A stretch of DNA of 64,000 nucleotides. Origin: Octopus vulgaris (taxonomy: Eukaryota). The notes beneath the pieces were generated by a model. That model was not told the origin of the DNA and did no database searches. It worked only from the letters and a program-made list of their open reading frames with translations. Every line of letters begins with the position of its first letter. Position 1 is the stretch's first letter. The translations under genes and the position numbers were made by a program. This document shows, in pieces, positions 42,401 to 57,619 of the stretch. The stretch covers positions 146,940,001 to 147,004,000 of the forward strand of contig OX597815.1 of the NCBI GenBank assembly GCA_951406725.2, in the 5' to 3' direction.

Positions 42401-43353
42401 TAAAATCAGGTTTTAATTCTCGTATTATTTCATTTGTTACATAGTTGCCAATTTGGATTTGTTTTTTATTTTGGTTTGTATTTGAGAGTTTATGAAGTGG
42501 TTCTCTATCATTCATACTTGTATGTCTTTCAACTTCAAGCGTATTCAGGATTTTCTGTCTCATTTCTGCCATAGACTCTCTGTGTTCTTCAGCAAATGCG
42601 AGATCTTCAGTTACTGTTGTTTTTTCGTTTTCCTGGCTATCTTTAACAGGTACAATAGAATTTCTTGTATCTTCAGGCCTTTGCGTACTTTGGTCAGATG
42701 GCAGTCTTTCAATTAAGCCTCGTGGCGGGCTATACTGTTCATCTGATTCTTCATTTCCTTTGTGTCTTATATTTATGTCATTTTCCGTTGCGTGCTTGAT
42801 CGCGCTTATTTCACTGTCTGTGAGTCTGTTATTTCTAAGGATATCCCTCCTCACATTTGCTAATTTGTTCTCGTCCAAATAGGGCCTACTGTCTTGATTC
42901 CGTGTTCTCCATATACTGTAAGAGTTTGCGGTGTGTCTCTCTTGAGATAGCCTACCTAATGCATAGTAATAAGCGTATATTACTTCTTTATACTCTTCTC
43001 GGGTCCATTTGTTCCGCTTACATTTTTCTTTCTGTGGTGGTTGTGGTGGTGAACTTGGAGGGCTCGAGTTGGGGGATTTCCCGTTCAAGTGACCATCCAT
43101 GTCCGTATTCGGAGAAGAGTTTGTGCCAGTTGATGACTTTTCGATCCCAGGCTGGCTCTTCCCTGGGGGACGCGCTTCCAGATTAACCATAGGACAAGCG
43201 ATTTGGTATACTGATTTAGTTTTCCTTTTAGTTTCCAAAAACATTTTGGTGCTACGATAATGTTATCATTTTTTAGCTTTGATTGGCTCGTGGGGAGACG
43301 GCCATCATTGCCGTTACAATTATAATCGTACCATTATAGCAGCCGTAGTCGGC
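39401..43353 (-). mobile_element. Near full-length R4/Dong-type RLE non-LTR retrotransposon (second family)
   Basis: Same domain order as 29028-33096 (KWTREEY, EQKGCRRG, WIDYKKAFDS, CGIFQGDSLSP, YMDD, CRFC..HLISGC, RHD, KYKDL); AAT-type repeats at both ends. Confidence 0.93.
39576..43244 (-). pseudogene. Disrupted RT/RLE polyprotein
   Basis: ORFs 41391..43244 (617 aa), 40787..41287, 40008..40793 and 39576..39875, separated by a few stops and frameshifts. Confidence 0.9.
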
Positions 43354-43782
43354 TTATTATTGTTATTATCATCACCATTACCATCACTATCATCATTATC
43401 ACCACCATTACCATCATCATTATCATCATCACCATCACCATCACCACCATCATCATCAATGATATTGTTTTATGTGTAGTCACAGCAGTATCTTATTATT
43501 GTTATTTTTGTTTTTTTATCATTATCACCATCACAGTAGTGTCTGTCTGTCTCGTTGGCTGACTTGGTGATTGGCTGGCTGACTGTCTTCAACGCCAGAG
43601 TTCTTGCCTGTCAAATAATACTTTCTTTGTGTTGGTTGAACTCTTTGAGTGTGTGTGTGTGTAGATAGATAGATAGATTATCAGCACTATTACTATCATT
43701 ATTATCATCATCACCATCACCATCAGTGATATATATATATATATATATATTTTTTTAGGCGGGGTCCTATCGGTCAAAAAAG

Positions 43783-43845
<63 letters not shown>

Positions 43846-43846
43846 G

Positions 43847-44105
43847 ATTGAGAGAGCGGTGCATGCCATCAAAGTGACACTGGGGTAAAATATACGAAGC
43901 CCTGTATACCCATCATGACTACCCGTCTGGTAAGGGTACACCAGGCACATGCATCACAACCATATGTGCGCGACATGGTGATCTCATATCAAGATTAGCA
44001 GCGCATGACCTTGCAGGTAGGGCCTAGTTAGAATTTTCTTCTGCTCGACTAGCCCATCCCGCTCAAAATGTCCCTGTATAAGGATTTCTTAAGGATGTTG
44101 AACGA
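43847..44105 (-). mobile_element. Family D 3' half with (AAT)n tail
   Basis: Adjacent (ATT)n at 43783-43846; matches the other D copies. Confidence 0.8.
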
Positions 44106-44735
44106 GTACTTGTGCAAAGTGAGACTGAGACTTAAGTCGAAATTAACCAGAGGGAATAAGATTGAAACAATCAACACCAGGGCGGTTTCACTCCTTAGGT
44201 ATGGAGCAGTGGTAGATGACTAAATATGGGATAATCCACCCAAAAAGTGACGTAGACAGAATGTATGTACCAAGAAAAAGAGGAGGAAGTGGACTGATTG
44301 GATGCGAGCACAGCTTTAGAGCAAAAGAAATCAACATAGCATGGTGTGTAGAAAATGTCACAGAACCGCTATTATTGGAGATAAGAAGGTCAGGCTTCTG
44401 TTGGATGGATAATTGCAAAGATAAAGCACTGTAGAAGCACTTTAGAAGGAATGAAACTGAATATAGGTGGATAAAGAAAAGAATGCATGGACAATTTCAT
44501 ATGGATGTTGTAGAAAAGACAGACAGAAAAAAGATGGCCATGGATGAGTAAAAGTGATTTTAAACCAGAAATCTGTGCAGCCAAAGAACAAGCACAAAAA
44601 CGATTTACATCAAATACAGAATAGACAACACGTCAGAAAGTGATAAGTGCAGAGTTTGTGGACGCCACTAGCGCAGAAGGAATATAACAGCCGTCATGAC
44701 AATATAGCAACGATTGTCCATTGGAAACTTTGCAA
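44106..44735 (+). mobile_element. Decayed internal fragment of an R4/Dong-type element
   Basis: HPKSDVDRMYVPRKRGGSGLIG, MHGQF, KCRVCG, RHDNIATIVHW. Confidence 0.8.
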
Positions 44736-44930
44736 CAAGGCCCAAAATTTTTGGGAGAGGGCCAGTCAATCAGATCGACCCCAGTACGCAATTGTTACTT
44801 AATTTATCGACCCCGAAAGAATAAAGGCAAAGTCGACCTCGGCGGAATTTGAACTCAGAACGTAAAGACAGACGAAATACTGCTCAGCATTTCGCCCGAT
44901 GTTCTAACGTTTCTGCCAGCTCGCTGCCTT
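44736..44930 (-). mobile_element. SINE family A
   Basis: Reverse-complement core and head (ttctgccagctcgctgcctt). Confidence 0.88.
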
Positions 44931-45946
44931 GATTGACGAAAATATTAGATGGCCGAGTAAGATGTCTTGCAGTAAATGTTCCAGCTCTTTACCTTCTAAC
45001 CGCAATGCTTGAAACAAACTCGCGGCCAAATTGTTACCATGGAAAGAGGAGATGTTCATAGATGAAAACCATCAGTCTTCTACGTAAAAAAGAAAAAAAT
45101 GCATCATTCTCTAGCCTGTACAAACATAAGCAGATGATTGGACATACTTGTGCAACAGAACTGCCTCACCAGCTATATTTATACTTTTTCCCTGAAAGAT
45201 AGAGAGAACGTTCATGCTACAGGTACCAAATCTAATTTCCAGACACTATATCCAAAACTCTATTGTCTAATTGTTCTGTATTATTTGAAAATTTTAATAA
45301 ACTTTAGATTAGAAGTTAAGTACCAGCAGTTTCATACTGGCAAGTGTCCAGCAAATATCAGCTAGAAGCATAAATGTTGGCACTACGCCATTACAGCTGA
45401 TGTGAATGTATATACATATACACGTAAAATATCATGGTGTGCATGTATTATTATCTTGAGTGTTAGGTTTATGGTCATGAAGTCACGGGTTAATTTCCCT
45501 GATCTATCGGCATATTGTGCACTTCAGCGCAACACATCATTTCAATTAAATAAACGCTCAGTGAAAGTGCAGATTATTCTTTCTTCCCTTCTATTCATTC
45601 TATCCTTGATGTTCCACTGACACAGAGGTGTTAGGGCTGAGTGAGTCTCTGTCCCATCGCAAATATATGGGCAACTAAAAAAAATGTATCAGTTCACTTC
45701 CACTTACGTATAGCAGCTTCATGCTTTATATATGTATGTGGGTGTGTGTGTGTGTGAGTGTGTGCATGTGTTTGTGTTTGTGTGTGTGTGAGTGTGTATG
45801 TGTTTGTGCGTGTGTATACACAGTATGTATGTATAAAACGAGAAATAGATGAATGCATATGAAATATATAAGGGTCTAAAGAGAAAGCATCGTGGTAGCT
45901 CGAGCTGCAAGAAACACAAACGTCTTAAGAAAGGAAGATATATTAC

Positions 45947-46151
45947 TAGCTATATTAAAACACTGATATCAATCGCTGAGTGTATTTGATCATGGAACTG
46001 TTCAGACTAGCTTAATCCGAGCCTGCATCACCAATATACTACACCACAAACATACTCTCACATGCATGCTGAAATGAATATATATTTTGATTTTATGCCT
46101 GCATCGACCAAGACGTGGCTGTGTCATTAAGAAGCTTCTCTATGCAAACTC
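45947..46151. repeat. Right arm of the 204-bp inverted duplication
   Basis: Reverse complement of 37288-37491; runs on into a SINE B remnant at 46115-46310. Confidence 0.95.
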
Positions 46152-48540
46152 GTGGTTTCGGGTTTGTTTACTCATCCGTAATTTGAGGTTCGGCCGAGAG
46201 GTCTATAGAATAATACTAGACTTGAAAATCAAGTACTAGGGACAATGTATTTGACTACATCTTTCAAGGCGGTGCCGCAATGCAACGAGTGAAACAAGTA
46301 AAAGAAAGAAGCTACGGCCAACGCTACATGTCGATATTTGAGAATTTATAAATCACATGCTTCACACGCATGTTATGAGGATAGCTATGCATCGATTTGC
46401 GAAGAATTCACTCATAATTATATCTTCTTGGCACAAAAATATAACATGACTGGGCTTTGTCATATGTATTTGTTATACATGTTTACAAACATCTCAAAAG
46501 TGCTCAATACCTCTCATAATTGCAGTTTGTAAAACGATAGTGAGAGCTTCAGAAACGAATAGCTATTTCTAAATTATATTATCTTACGACTCGATATACA
46601 TTACCGTTTATTTACATAAATGTGTGCTCATTGCGCATCGAGTGGCGATGCGTAATAGCTTATTCTGATATATAAGAAACAAGAAATCATTCGAAAGAAT
46701 AACTAGACAAATATTCAATGAATATAAAATTTCGTTTCCTTTTCTAAGCCGTTAGGATATTGCTTGAAGGAAATATGGGCTGGTATTTCTAAGATGTCGA
46801 TGAATGTATATATTCCTTTATTACCTCGAACTCTGCGTGTAATATATCACTCATACACCCATAACCCATTCATCTTTCCACTCCATGTGATCCTTGTTAT
46901 GACAAACATCCCAGCTCCACAACATACCTATTGATCGTACATAATCTTCTCTCCCTGATCACGCCTTTCCTGCAGGTATTGACCAGAAGCTGTTTAAACT
47001 GATCTCTAAAGGCATTATGCTTACCAGTCTGGATGGGGCTTCCAAGGTCGTAGGCACTGTTTTTTCTTCAAGTCTCAAGAACTAACAAAGATATAGCAAA
47101 GTGACCTCTACAAATGGACATGAAATTCTTTTATAAGCAAACCAATAACAGCGCTTTATCTTCCTCACTTTCCATTGGAGAGCACAAAACCGAAACATTA
47201 TATTACTTAATTTCTACAGCAATTAAATTTATGGAATTCCTCTCTGAACCATCTTATAAACTGATTGATGTTGATAATGAATAACCATAGATTTCAGAGT
47301 TTGACTTTTCTAAATTATGTTTTTCGGTAACGTAGATAAGAAAAAAGTATTCCACTTCAACTTTGCCTTATCTCCATCTTCAGAAATCCGAATTCAAACT
47401 AATCAAGGAAAAGATTAACGTACTAAACTGTCTCCAGATTTTCTCTGCAGAGCAATGACATAAAGCTAAATGATTTTCTGTCAAAATACCAGACGTCTAC
47501 TCCAGAGAGTATAACTTTGAGAAAAATGTCATCGTTAGGTATAGATAAATATCTATCAGATGATGAAGAACAAAGTTTACAAATCGATTACAAACACAAT
47601 AAAACAACGAAAGAGAGACTGAGATAAGTGACATTTATTGAAATTGAAAAGATAATGTTGCCATGGACATAAGAAATGGTAATAAAGGAAACCATTGCTG
47701 AAGAAAACATTAAAATATACCCGAAAGTTTTCTACTGATTTGCAATGCATTTGGTGTCAACACAATGTAATATATGTATTTGAAGTATGGATAATCCTGT
47801 TGTGAAATGCTGAGCGAAAGTTTCAACATAGCGTTGCTACAGATAAACGTGTCTGAATTTTAATAATGTATCATAGTCTATCAATAGTGACCTTAAACAT
47901 ACGAGCAGTAACTGTAAATACTTTCGGTTTTAGAGAAACATATATAATATCTAGTCTATGTTGTATGGGCCATCAACAGAGACTGTATGTCGTTGTTGGA
48001 TATGTTAGAAATAATGACGTATCTATCTCTATTAACATCAATTGCATTTGTAAGAAAAAGATCGCATTGATTAGGGTATATTTTGCTGGCTCACAAAAAT
48101 TGGATAATTATAAATGTATTTTTTGCTGGCTAACAAAAATTGGATAATTATGAATGTAATCCATGAGTCATTAAACCTGCTAATTTATTGAAAGCAGTTT
48201 GCTATGAACAAGCAGGCATGAATATTCTCAGCGAATATTTTGCTAAAATTGTTCCAAAAGAAAGATTAGCAAACCATAAGTGAATTGTACAAAATGTAGT
48301 TCAGAAGATAAAATGACTCCACATCCTGTATATTAAGCAGATATGGCCTAGAAACATTGATAACAAAATCTTGGTAACTTTATTGTGCCAAACGTAATAT
48401 GAGGTTTTCTTATGCAGATACGATAATACCATATTAAAAAAGAACAATTCATAACAAAAAATTTGTCCACGTATGTGTGTGTGTGTATGTTTGTGTGTGT
48501 GTGAGTATAAAGGGGGATAGAGAAAATGATAGCTAACCAA

Positions 48541-48609
<69 letters not shown>

Positions 48610-48654
48610 CAGACTGACAGAGAGACAGAGAGACAGACAGACTGACAGACTGAC

Positions 48655-48772
<118 letters not shown>

Positions 48773-49295
48773 GGACAGACAGATAGATAGAAAATAGATA
48801 AATAGATAGATAAATAAATAAATAGATAGATGATATGATAGATAGATATAACTTCTAAAGTTTCTTTATCGACTTCGTTAAAGCATATTCCAATTCGTAA
48901 GAAATATGTTTGGTTCAGAACCGAATAATCCGTTTCCTTTTACTGATCCCCAGCGTCTTCAATAAATCTAATATTCTATCTAATCAGATCCATATAAACT
49001 TTGAATGTGAAATGCTATTAGCAGAGTACATCTGCATTCTTGCAATTAGACTATCATTGTCTGTGTGTGTGGATGTGTGTGTGGATGCATGTATGTATGT
49101 ATATGTGTATGTGTGCATAAGGAAACTGAAAACCGAATAGAAACACTTTGAGACAAAAACTCCAATTAGCAATGTCAGTGTTGGACAGCACGGACATCTA
49201 AATATAGCTTTTGGTTCGTTTCATTCCTTTCGTCATGATTGAATTAAAATACCACGTATTGAACTGAGTCCTTCCTAGACGAGTGAAGACTGGAC

Positions 49296-49407
49296 ATTAT
49301 GAGAATTATCGTCAACAAAGATAAACAGTGGACATAACGTTCTCGTATACGGCTTGTACTTAGATTTCAATTACCTGTAATATATATACACACACACTCA
49401 CATAAAT

Positions 49408-49465
<58 letters not shown>

Positions 49466-49625
49466 AGTATGTGTGCATCTATATATTACAGGTAATTGGT
49501 GCAAGCCGTATACGAGAACTGTTTATTTTTGTTGACGATAATTCTCATAATATATATGTATATATATATGTTTCTTTCTGTGTTCCATTCTATGGAAGAG
49601 CGTAGGCTCGAAACGTTAAAGACTT
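49296..49625. mobile_element. Inverted repeat around (TA)n plus an adjacent hammerhead-like remnant (Penelope-type)
   Basis: Arms 49296-49387 and 49481-49551; ctatggaa GAGC gtag GCTC GAAA CGTT at 49590-49617. Confidence 0.55.
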
Positions 49626-49747
49626 TTTCACTTCCCGAGCATTATACTGTTACATCTGTTTGTTGTCTACACCACTTGTCTTCGTCTTTTGTTTTTTTGT
49701 GAATTCTCCCTATATATATATATATAGATGTGTATATGTATATGTTT

Positions 49748-49838
<91 letters not shown>

Positions 49839-51359
49839 TGTCTGTGTGCTCTTTTTGCCGATTCGCTAAGTTACGATGGTATCAACAAACCAACACGTTG
49901 GCAAACAATGGTGCTGAGAAGCACAAATACAAAGATACATGCTCATACATATAGAAGTCTATACACGACGGGTTTCCATGCAGTTTCCTTCTACGAAATT
50001 CACTCAAAAGTTATTAGTCGGCTCGTGGTTATAGTTAAAGACACTTGCCCAATGTTCAGCGCAATGTGATGAATCACAAATCACATCGTCGCAAAGCGAG
50101 CCTCAGAGCCACGCAGCAATGCCTGTGTCTAATTAACAAGAAAAAGGCGTGATGCTCGTGACTAGTATGCGTTTAATTAAATGTTATCTTCTTGCTAATC
50201 CTCGTCGTTCAGGACTTTTTGACTTAAAGGTATAATCTACCCGAATGTCTTTTATGCCGTTACTTGATTATAATTTCTCTCACACGTTATGAATCAACCT
50301 AAGGCCAAAATTTACCCGGGTGTTATTTTGAGGAAGTGTGGATAACAAGAAACAACATCGTGTTTGCGACGCAAACGTATAACGTTTTGGATATACACAC
50401 ACGCGCGTTCGCACGCGCACATAAAGGTTGGTTGGTTAGTTGATTGATTCTCCTGTCACTCATCGTATCGTTCAGAGGAAAGTAGAGAAAGAGCGAAAGT
50501 GATGTAGAGAGAGTTATCATAAGAGGTGCGCGATGAGTGTCTATGCTACAATAAGTGGGAAACAATGTGCAAAGGAACGCCATACTCACACACACAAAGA
50601 AATACAAAGAATCATAGAGACAGCGGAGGAGGAAGAGCGATGAAGAAGAGAAGAGGAAGGGTATTATTGGGAGAAGGTGGGCCGAGAAGGGAAGGAGTAG
50701 TAATTGACAAAATAGTTATGAGAGTAGTTATACAAAGAGGAAATGTGTTTTATTAAATTTTAAGTTAATGAATTGTTTTCTTTCGATAAGTAGTAATAAT
50801 TTTATTTTGCATAAGCACCAAGAAATACGTTCTAATTATTGTATGTGTTGTGCAGTGAACTGATACCCCTGCACGTAACTGTCAATGGACTGGACGAGTC
50901 TTATGAATAAGACAGTTGAGGTCGATCTGTGAGAGCGTTCATCTCGTTATTGATTCTGCGCCACAGTGTTGGATTGCTATTGTACGAACGGCTGTCATAA
51001 GATAACCTACTCTTGTTACATTGCTTATACGGTAATATTTGGTACTGTGATATATTGTTACACACGATATAACAGTATGTATGCCATATTTCCTGATACT
51101 AGTAGCGAAAGTATATTTCCAAAGTTACTCGTCATACGACGGGAATATCATAAGAGAGACTTGTTTCTCGTGTCAGTTTGTAGCATCTGCCTTTCCGGTC
51201 TCTGTTGGTAAAGAGGAGATAGGAACTCCGAAATGCAGGCATACCACAGTTTGATTAGATGACACTATAAGCTGACTCGGTGTATTTACACCTATTTGTC
51301 TACAGCGAGGAAGTTTCTCCATGGTGAGTAAAGAAAATGGCTTTCTTACGGGTTCACAT

Positions 51360-51590
51360 ATACCTATTTCTTTACTACCCACAAGGGGCTAAACACAGAG
51401 AGGACAAACAAGGACAGACAAACGGATTAAGTCGATTATATCGACCCCAGTGCGTAACTGGTACTTATTTAATCGACCCCGAAAGGATGAAAGGCAAAGT
51501 CAATCTCGGCGGAATTTGAACTCAGATCGTAGCGGCAGACGAAATACCGCTAAGAATTTCGCCCGGCGTGCTAACGTTTCTGCCAGCTCT
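51360..51590 (-). mobile_element. SINE family A (well-preserved copy)
   Basis: Close reverse complement of 17843-18070. Confidence 0.9.
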
Positions 51591-51706
51591 TCAAATATAC
51601 TTCAAGCATATTTGAACTGGTAATAATTTTGTATGTATTCATATCACTGCTTAGCGCTGTCATCATATATATCACACACACACACACACACATACATTCT
51701 TATATA

Positions 51707-51742
<36 letters not shown>

Positions 51743-53583
51743 GGTGTGTTGTGGCTCCATCAAACAGCAGCGTGTGACATAAAAACAGATATTCTAAGAG
51801 GGAATTATCTTAGGATAATTTTAAAATATTTAATTTGTAAATCAAATGAAGTGTACGAAAACAACAACTTCAGATTCAGGTACAACACCACCAATTTTTA
51901 AGGGTGAGTTTGAATCAATTGCATCGATTCCAGAACTTGCTTGGTACTTTATTTTATTGATTCTGGAACAACGAAAGGGAACGTTTAACACGGTGGATTT
52001 GAGTTCAGAACGTAAAGAGCCGTGAAGAAAGGTAATAAAGCATTTATTCCCGCACTCTGAAGAGTCTGCCAACTTGCCACCTGTAGTGTGCGAATAGAAG
52101 TTAAATGAAAATTGTATAGTAGATACAAACAAAATTATACATTTATGTACAGAGCGTGATATAAAGAAACAACGGTAGTATTAAAGAAAAATATATCATT
52201 CAGATATATATACGCGAGGTTAATGAATAATTTTAAGAGTAAAAAGGTGATGGAACTTATGTGTCAGCATTTGATTACAAGGAATATAACTTGTTTATGT
52301 ATCGGTGGGACAATTTTAATAGGATTAATTAAAGGCAGTCGTATTTGATTAATCGTGGGTAAGTATTTTTTAACGTACATCTAAAAGTGGAGCTGCTGGA
52401 TTTTTGTCCTTCGAATTCGCGTATTCAGATGTGTGTATTCAATTAAGTCGCCCTTGAATTAATGTGTAAATGGCCGAGTATTCCTCACGCTGAATCAGCA
52501 TAACGCAGTGCTTGTCAAGGCTGCACTTCTTGAATATCAGGTATAATGAAACTGCCTGGCATCTTCAAAATTTCAGCCTACCCAATTTTCTCTCTCGAGT
52601 TATCAGTCATCACGATGCTATAAAAAAGGACATTTGTCCAAAATGTTACTCCGTAGGAATGAACTCGGTCACTCGTTTGCATGCAACAACCACTATTCGG
52701 CTACAGTACGACTCGATTTTGACAGTAACGAGGTATCAATAAACTTATACTTCATTACTTTAACTTTGCATATATCGTTAAATAGGTGAAATAAACATAT
52801 GTGATGCAGTAATAGGAATGTCTTGAATAAGGAAGTATAAGTGAGCTATGGTAAAACGGCATTAATTAATTTAAATCTTCAACAATATGTAATACAGAAT
52901 ACAAAAAGAAGAAAAGACTTCAATGATATATAAACATAATATCTAATCGACAGGGTTGCTTAATTTGAATGAAAAGATTATTGAATTGGAAAGTGTTATA
53001 AAAGAAAATTTAATCGGGAAGTAAGTCTAAGATAGTGTAGTAGAAAATATATTAGGAGACATATTGAAAATTGGAATGAAGAGCGTTAATTAAAATCTAC
53101 AAGACTTAATATTTTAAAACGGAATTATAAAGAAATTAATATTAAAGAAATCAAGATACTGCATTATACAATACTAAATTACTTGAAGAGATGGTTGTGA
53201 AAACCTATTGCATTAAATTTATGCATATGTAATCGGTTGAGAATGGAGAAATATTAATTAATTAAATTTAATATTGAGGAAACATTAATTAATCTTAATA
53301 TGTAATATGATGAACCAGGTTAAATTAGTATATGTTACGTAGTATGAAGATGATTTTGATTAAGGAAATGTAGCTGAGGTGTGATGAAAGAATATCTGTT
53401 AATTGAAATCTAGAAGAATATAGAATGTATATTATAAGATCAAGAAGACTCTTTAGCGATACAGGAGTTAAATCTAATTAAAATAATGTCATGAATCTGA
53501 AAGGCGTATGAAACAATGAATACATATACACGTGTGTGTATATATTACTTGTGTGTATGTGTATTTGTGTGTATGTACACATG

Positions 53584-53614
<31 letters not shown>

Positions 53615-54279
53615 TTGTGTGTTTGTGTGTTTCTCTCATGCACGTTAGTATCAAACATTTTGGACGAATCCGTTACAATTAAACTTTGAAGTAACTCTCA
53701 CCCTTTAGTACATTAAAATATATATTATTCAATAATAAGTAGAATATTTACAAACAGCACTTTAATTTGTGTAAACTTCTAACAAAAATTATCATAACGA
53801 AATACTTTTAAAGAAAATAAACAATCAAGACTGATATCTTATTAAATTAAAGAGCTCGTGGTGGAGATTATTCATAATATATTTATTTAATGCGAAGAGA
53901 ATCATCACGTATCACTATATATTTAAATATGGTGATATGTGATGATATAATCCAATACTTCCTACATTATGAATCTGAGAAATTGATCTGTTATAGCCAA
54001 TCAATCTAAATTTGAGAAACGATTCATTCAGTTTGTCAGGGTGTAGATGATCTGTTTTTGAAAAATAAGTAAGGCATGAAAACAAGAGGTTGGATTTTAT
54101 GTGGTAAACAGAAGTTTATTTATTTAACATGTGTAATGTCTAGGAAAAATTTAAGGGAATCAATAATTTGAACTCATGTAATAGATAAATGATGTTGTAA
54201 ATATTGTAAAATGAGGTGTGAATTCGAATATAATGTGTTGACAGTGATGCACAATATATTAATTAGTGTTTTAGTATGT

Positions 54280-54600
54280 TTATAAGATTTAAATATCTTA
54301 TGTATACAAATGGAACTTTAATATAAATATAATAATGAAAGAATTGTATACAGTTCTCAGGTGCACTTTATTGGGGTGTGTATGAAAAATAAGGCAATAG
54401 ATGAAATTTAGTTACAAACTATCGGTACAGTAAAGGTCATACAGTTGCTTATTCCCAGAATAGATTCGGTTACCGATATGATATTTTCTCAGTTCAGTTT
54501 GTAAAGTACGTATTTACCTTTCAATTTCCGGATGTGGCTGCCAGGCGTAGATTTGTTGCTCAAGTAGAACTTAGAAAGGTGTGATGTGACAATAATATCT
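54280..54600 (+). mobile_element. Possible Helitron PIF1-helicase remnant
   Basis: NGT, then LLIPRID, then QFPDVAARRRFVAQVELRKV, in the order of the Helitron motifs NGTRL / LIPRI / QFP..AQGQTL.KV; highly decayed. Confidence 0.35.
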
Positions 54601-55073
54601 ATACTAGAAAGGAGCATTCACATATATGCTCTGGAATGTTCTCTCTGCATAGATAATCTGCACCCATAGCTCTAAAATTTGTAATTTGAAAAAATTGAAG
54701 ATAAATATTTGTTTTTATTTTACGCGGATTTAAGAGATTATAAACGAATGGGTTTTAGATAAATATAGGAATAATAGGATCAATGGTGATTTATAAAAAA
54801 ATGTCGGTAAATTTTGTTGTGAGGGTAACATTCTTGACCTGTGCAGAGAATTGGAAAAGGTATTAAATTGATGTATGTTTAATAATTTATTTACGCAGAT
54901 GCTCAAAATGTGCATTACGTGCATGAGATCATATATTTAAATCTGTTTCAGTAGAGGACTTCACTAAAAGTATTTGATGCTTCTGTGACGACATAGTGTT
55001 AGCGGTGTTGAGAAGTCTATGAGTGATGATAATTTAAATTGCGAAATATGTAATAATATTTCGAGTGTATTTA

Positions 55074-55120
<47 letters not shown>

Positions 55121-55140
55121 TACATACCTACATACATTCA

Positions 55141-55722
<582 letters not shown>

Positions 55723-55864
55723 ACATGCTCATACAAGGCCCGCATTATACTCTTCACTCGTATCATTATCGAACTGAGAGTTTAACTACGGTCCTTCCAT
55801 AGCACTTACATAACGTTACCACCCAGGGTATTCTGGATACCAGTTCTTCTCATAACTTTGCTGC

Positions 55865-55898
<34 letters not shown>

Positions 55899-55941
55899 AT
55901 GTGTGTGTTTGTGCGTGTGTATGTGTGTGTGTGTATGTGTT

Positions 55942-55983
<42 letters not shown>

Positions 55984-55984
55984 T

Positions 55985-56145
55985 GTGTGTTTACGTCCCC
56001 GTTATTTAGCGGTTCGGCAAGTGACCGATAGAATAAGTACTAGGCTTACAAAGAATAAGTCCTGGTGTCGATTTGCCCTACTAAAGGCGATACTCCAGCA
56101 TGGCCGCAGTCAAAATGACTGAAACAAGTAAAAGAATAAAAGAAT
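55985..56145 (+). mobile_element. SINE family B 3' half
   Basis: ttagcggttcggcaa...gatagaataagtactaggcttacaaagaataag. Confidence 0.85.
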
Positions 56146-57180
56146 AAATACATCATTTTATGTAAGCGTATATTATAACGACAAGATAAGTAAGTATATT
56201 AGGTTTGTGTCAGTTAAGAAAGGAATATACTTATCCGAAAAGTAGGCTTAGAATCATAGAATTAAATATATATATAAATAAATATATATATTTACATCAA
56301 TACAACGGCTAAATGGACGATATATTTAAATAAATACCCCAAGTTATTGATTTAAATATAATCCCTGTAATCAAATAATAGTTTTACGAATTAATTGAAT
56401 TTATTACTTGTGAAGAACAGGTTAGACGATTGATGGATATTATATTGTTGTTTATAACTAAACACGGGGTTAAAAGTGTATATGAATAAACGGTAGTTAC
56501 CAATATGTCTAATGGGATATCTTTAAAAAATATATAACTCCTTATATGATATTTCAAGACGTACATATGCATGCTTTTTTGACCAGCATATAAGGGAGAA
56601 TAGAAGGCGATGCTTTAATTAGATATATAGGGAGGGAGTAATGAGCAGATAATAAAAAAACGAAAAGTACTGAATACAAAGAAAGTTACGCTTGTAAGAT
56701 TCAGTTTGATTTGGCGAGTGAAAGGAATAAATTAAAAAACGAAATCAATACAAAATGATCACAAAAAAGACAACTAAAGGAACTAATTTTAAGCATCACA
56801 ATATTTAAATATTATCCAGAGATGAGTTCCAAATGAAATAATATAATAATGTGTATCACCTTTGTTGAAATTCCTATTCGTCAATTGTATACCAGAAATA
56901 TGGTCTTTTGGGACAGCAACAACTGTCTGGGTAAATTATATAGATAATCCATATTAGCATCAAAACCTATTCCATTTATTTGATGACATTTATTGAACTC
57001 CGTCTAATAATTTGATTCTTCTTAGGATTTTTATTTATATGTATTCATACGGGAATGAAAAGTATCCCTTAATAAAGTATGATAAAAATAGCTTGGAAAC
57101 CTATGAATAATGCCCTAAGCAGAAGTATTTTCACCCGAAAAAATAATGTAATATAGTATATATATATATATTTATATATA

Positions 57181-57480
57181 TCACCGTAACCGACCAGGCT
57201 ATCATATGTTGCTGCACATCGCTGGTTACAATGCGGTTCGCATTGTTTTAACCTTCAAATGACGCCACCTTGCTGGCTAAGCGAGCAGGCCAACAAAAGA
57301 AAGAGCAAGAGGAAGTTGTGGCGAAAGATTACAGCAGGGATCGCCACCACCCCCTGGTGAAGCGTCGTGGAGCTTTAGGTGTTTTACCTCAATAAACACT
57401 AACAACGCACGGTCTTGGAATCGAAACCGCGATCCTAAAATCGCGAGTCCGGTGCCCTAACCACTGGCCATTGAGACTTC
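57181..57480 (-). mobile_element. tRNA-derived SINE
   Basis: Minus-strand head tggccagtggttagggcaccggactcgcga...gtttcgattcc (A/B boxes). Confidence 0.7.
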
Positions 57481-57553
57481 ACACACACATATATATATGC
57501 ATAAATACATACATACATACACACATATACACATACTTATATACACACGTACA

Positions 57554-57594
<41 letters not shown>

Positions 57595-57619
57595 ATTTAT
57601 AGACATATATCTGTCTTTC

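Noticed and set aside
41391-43244. 617-aa ORF as an intact gene
   Set aside because: It is the N-terminal half of a retrotransposon ORF, ended by a premature stop inside the RT domain.
43245-43353. HDV-like ribozyme in the R4 5' UTR
   Set aside because: I could not build the nested double pseudoknot by eye.
46900-48300. Coding-like texture
   Set aside because: No long ORF and no recognisable motif; probably a decayed transposon. The 40-bp tandem pair at 48081-48160 is trivial.
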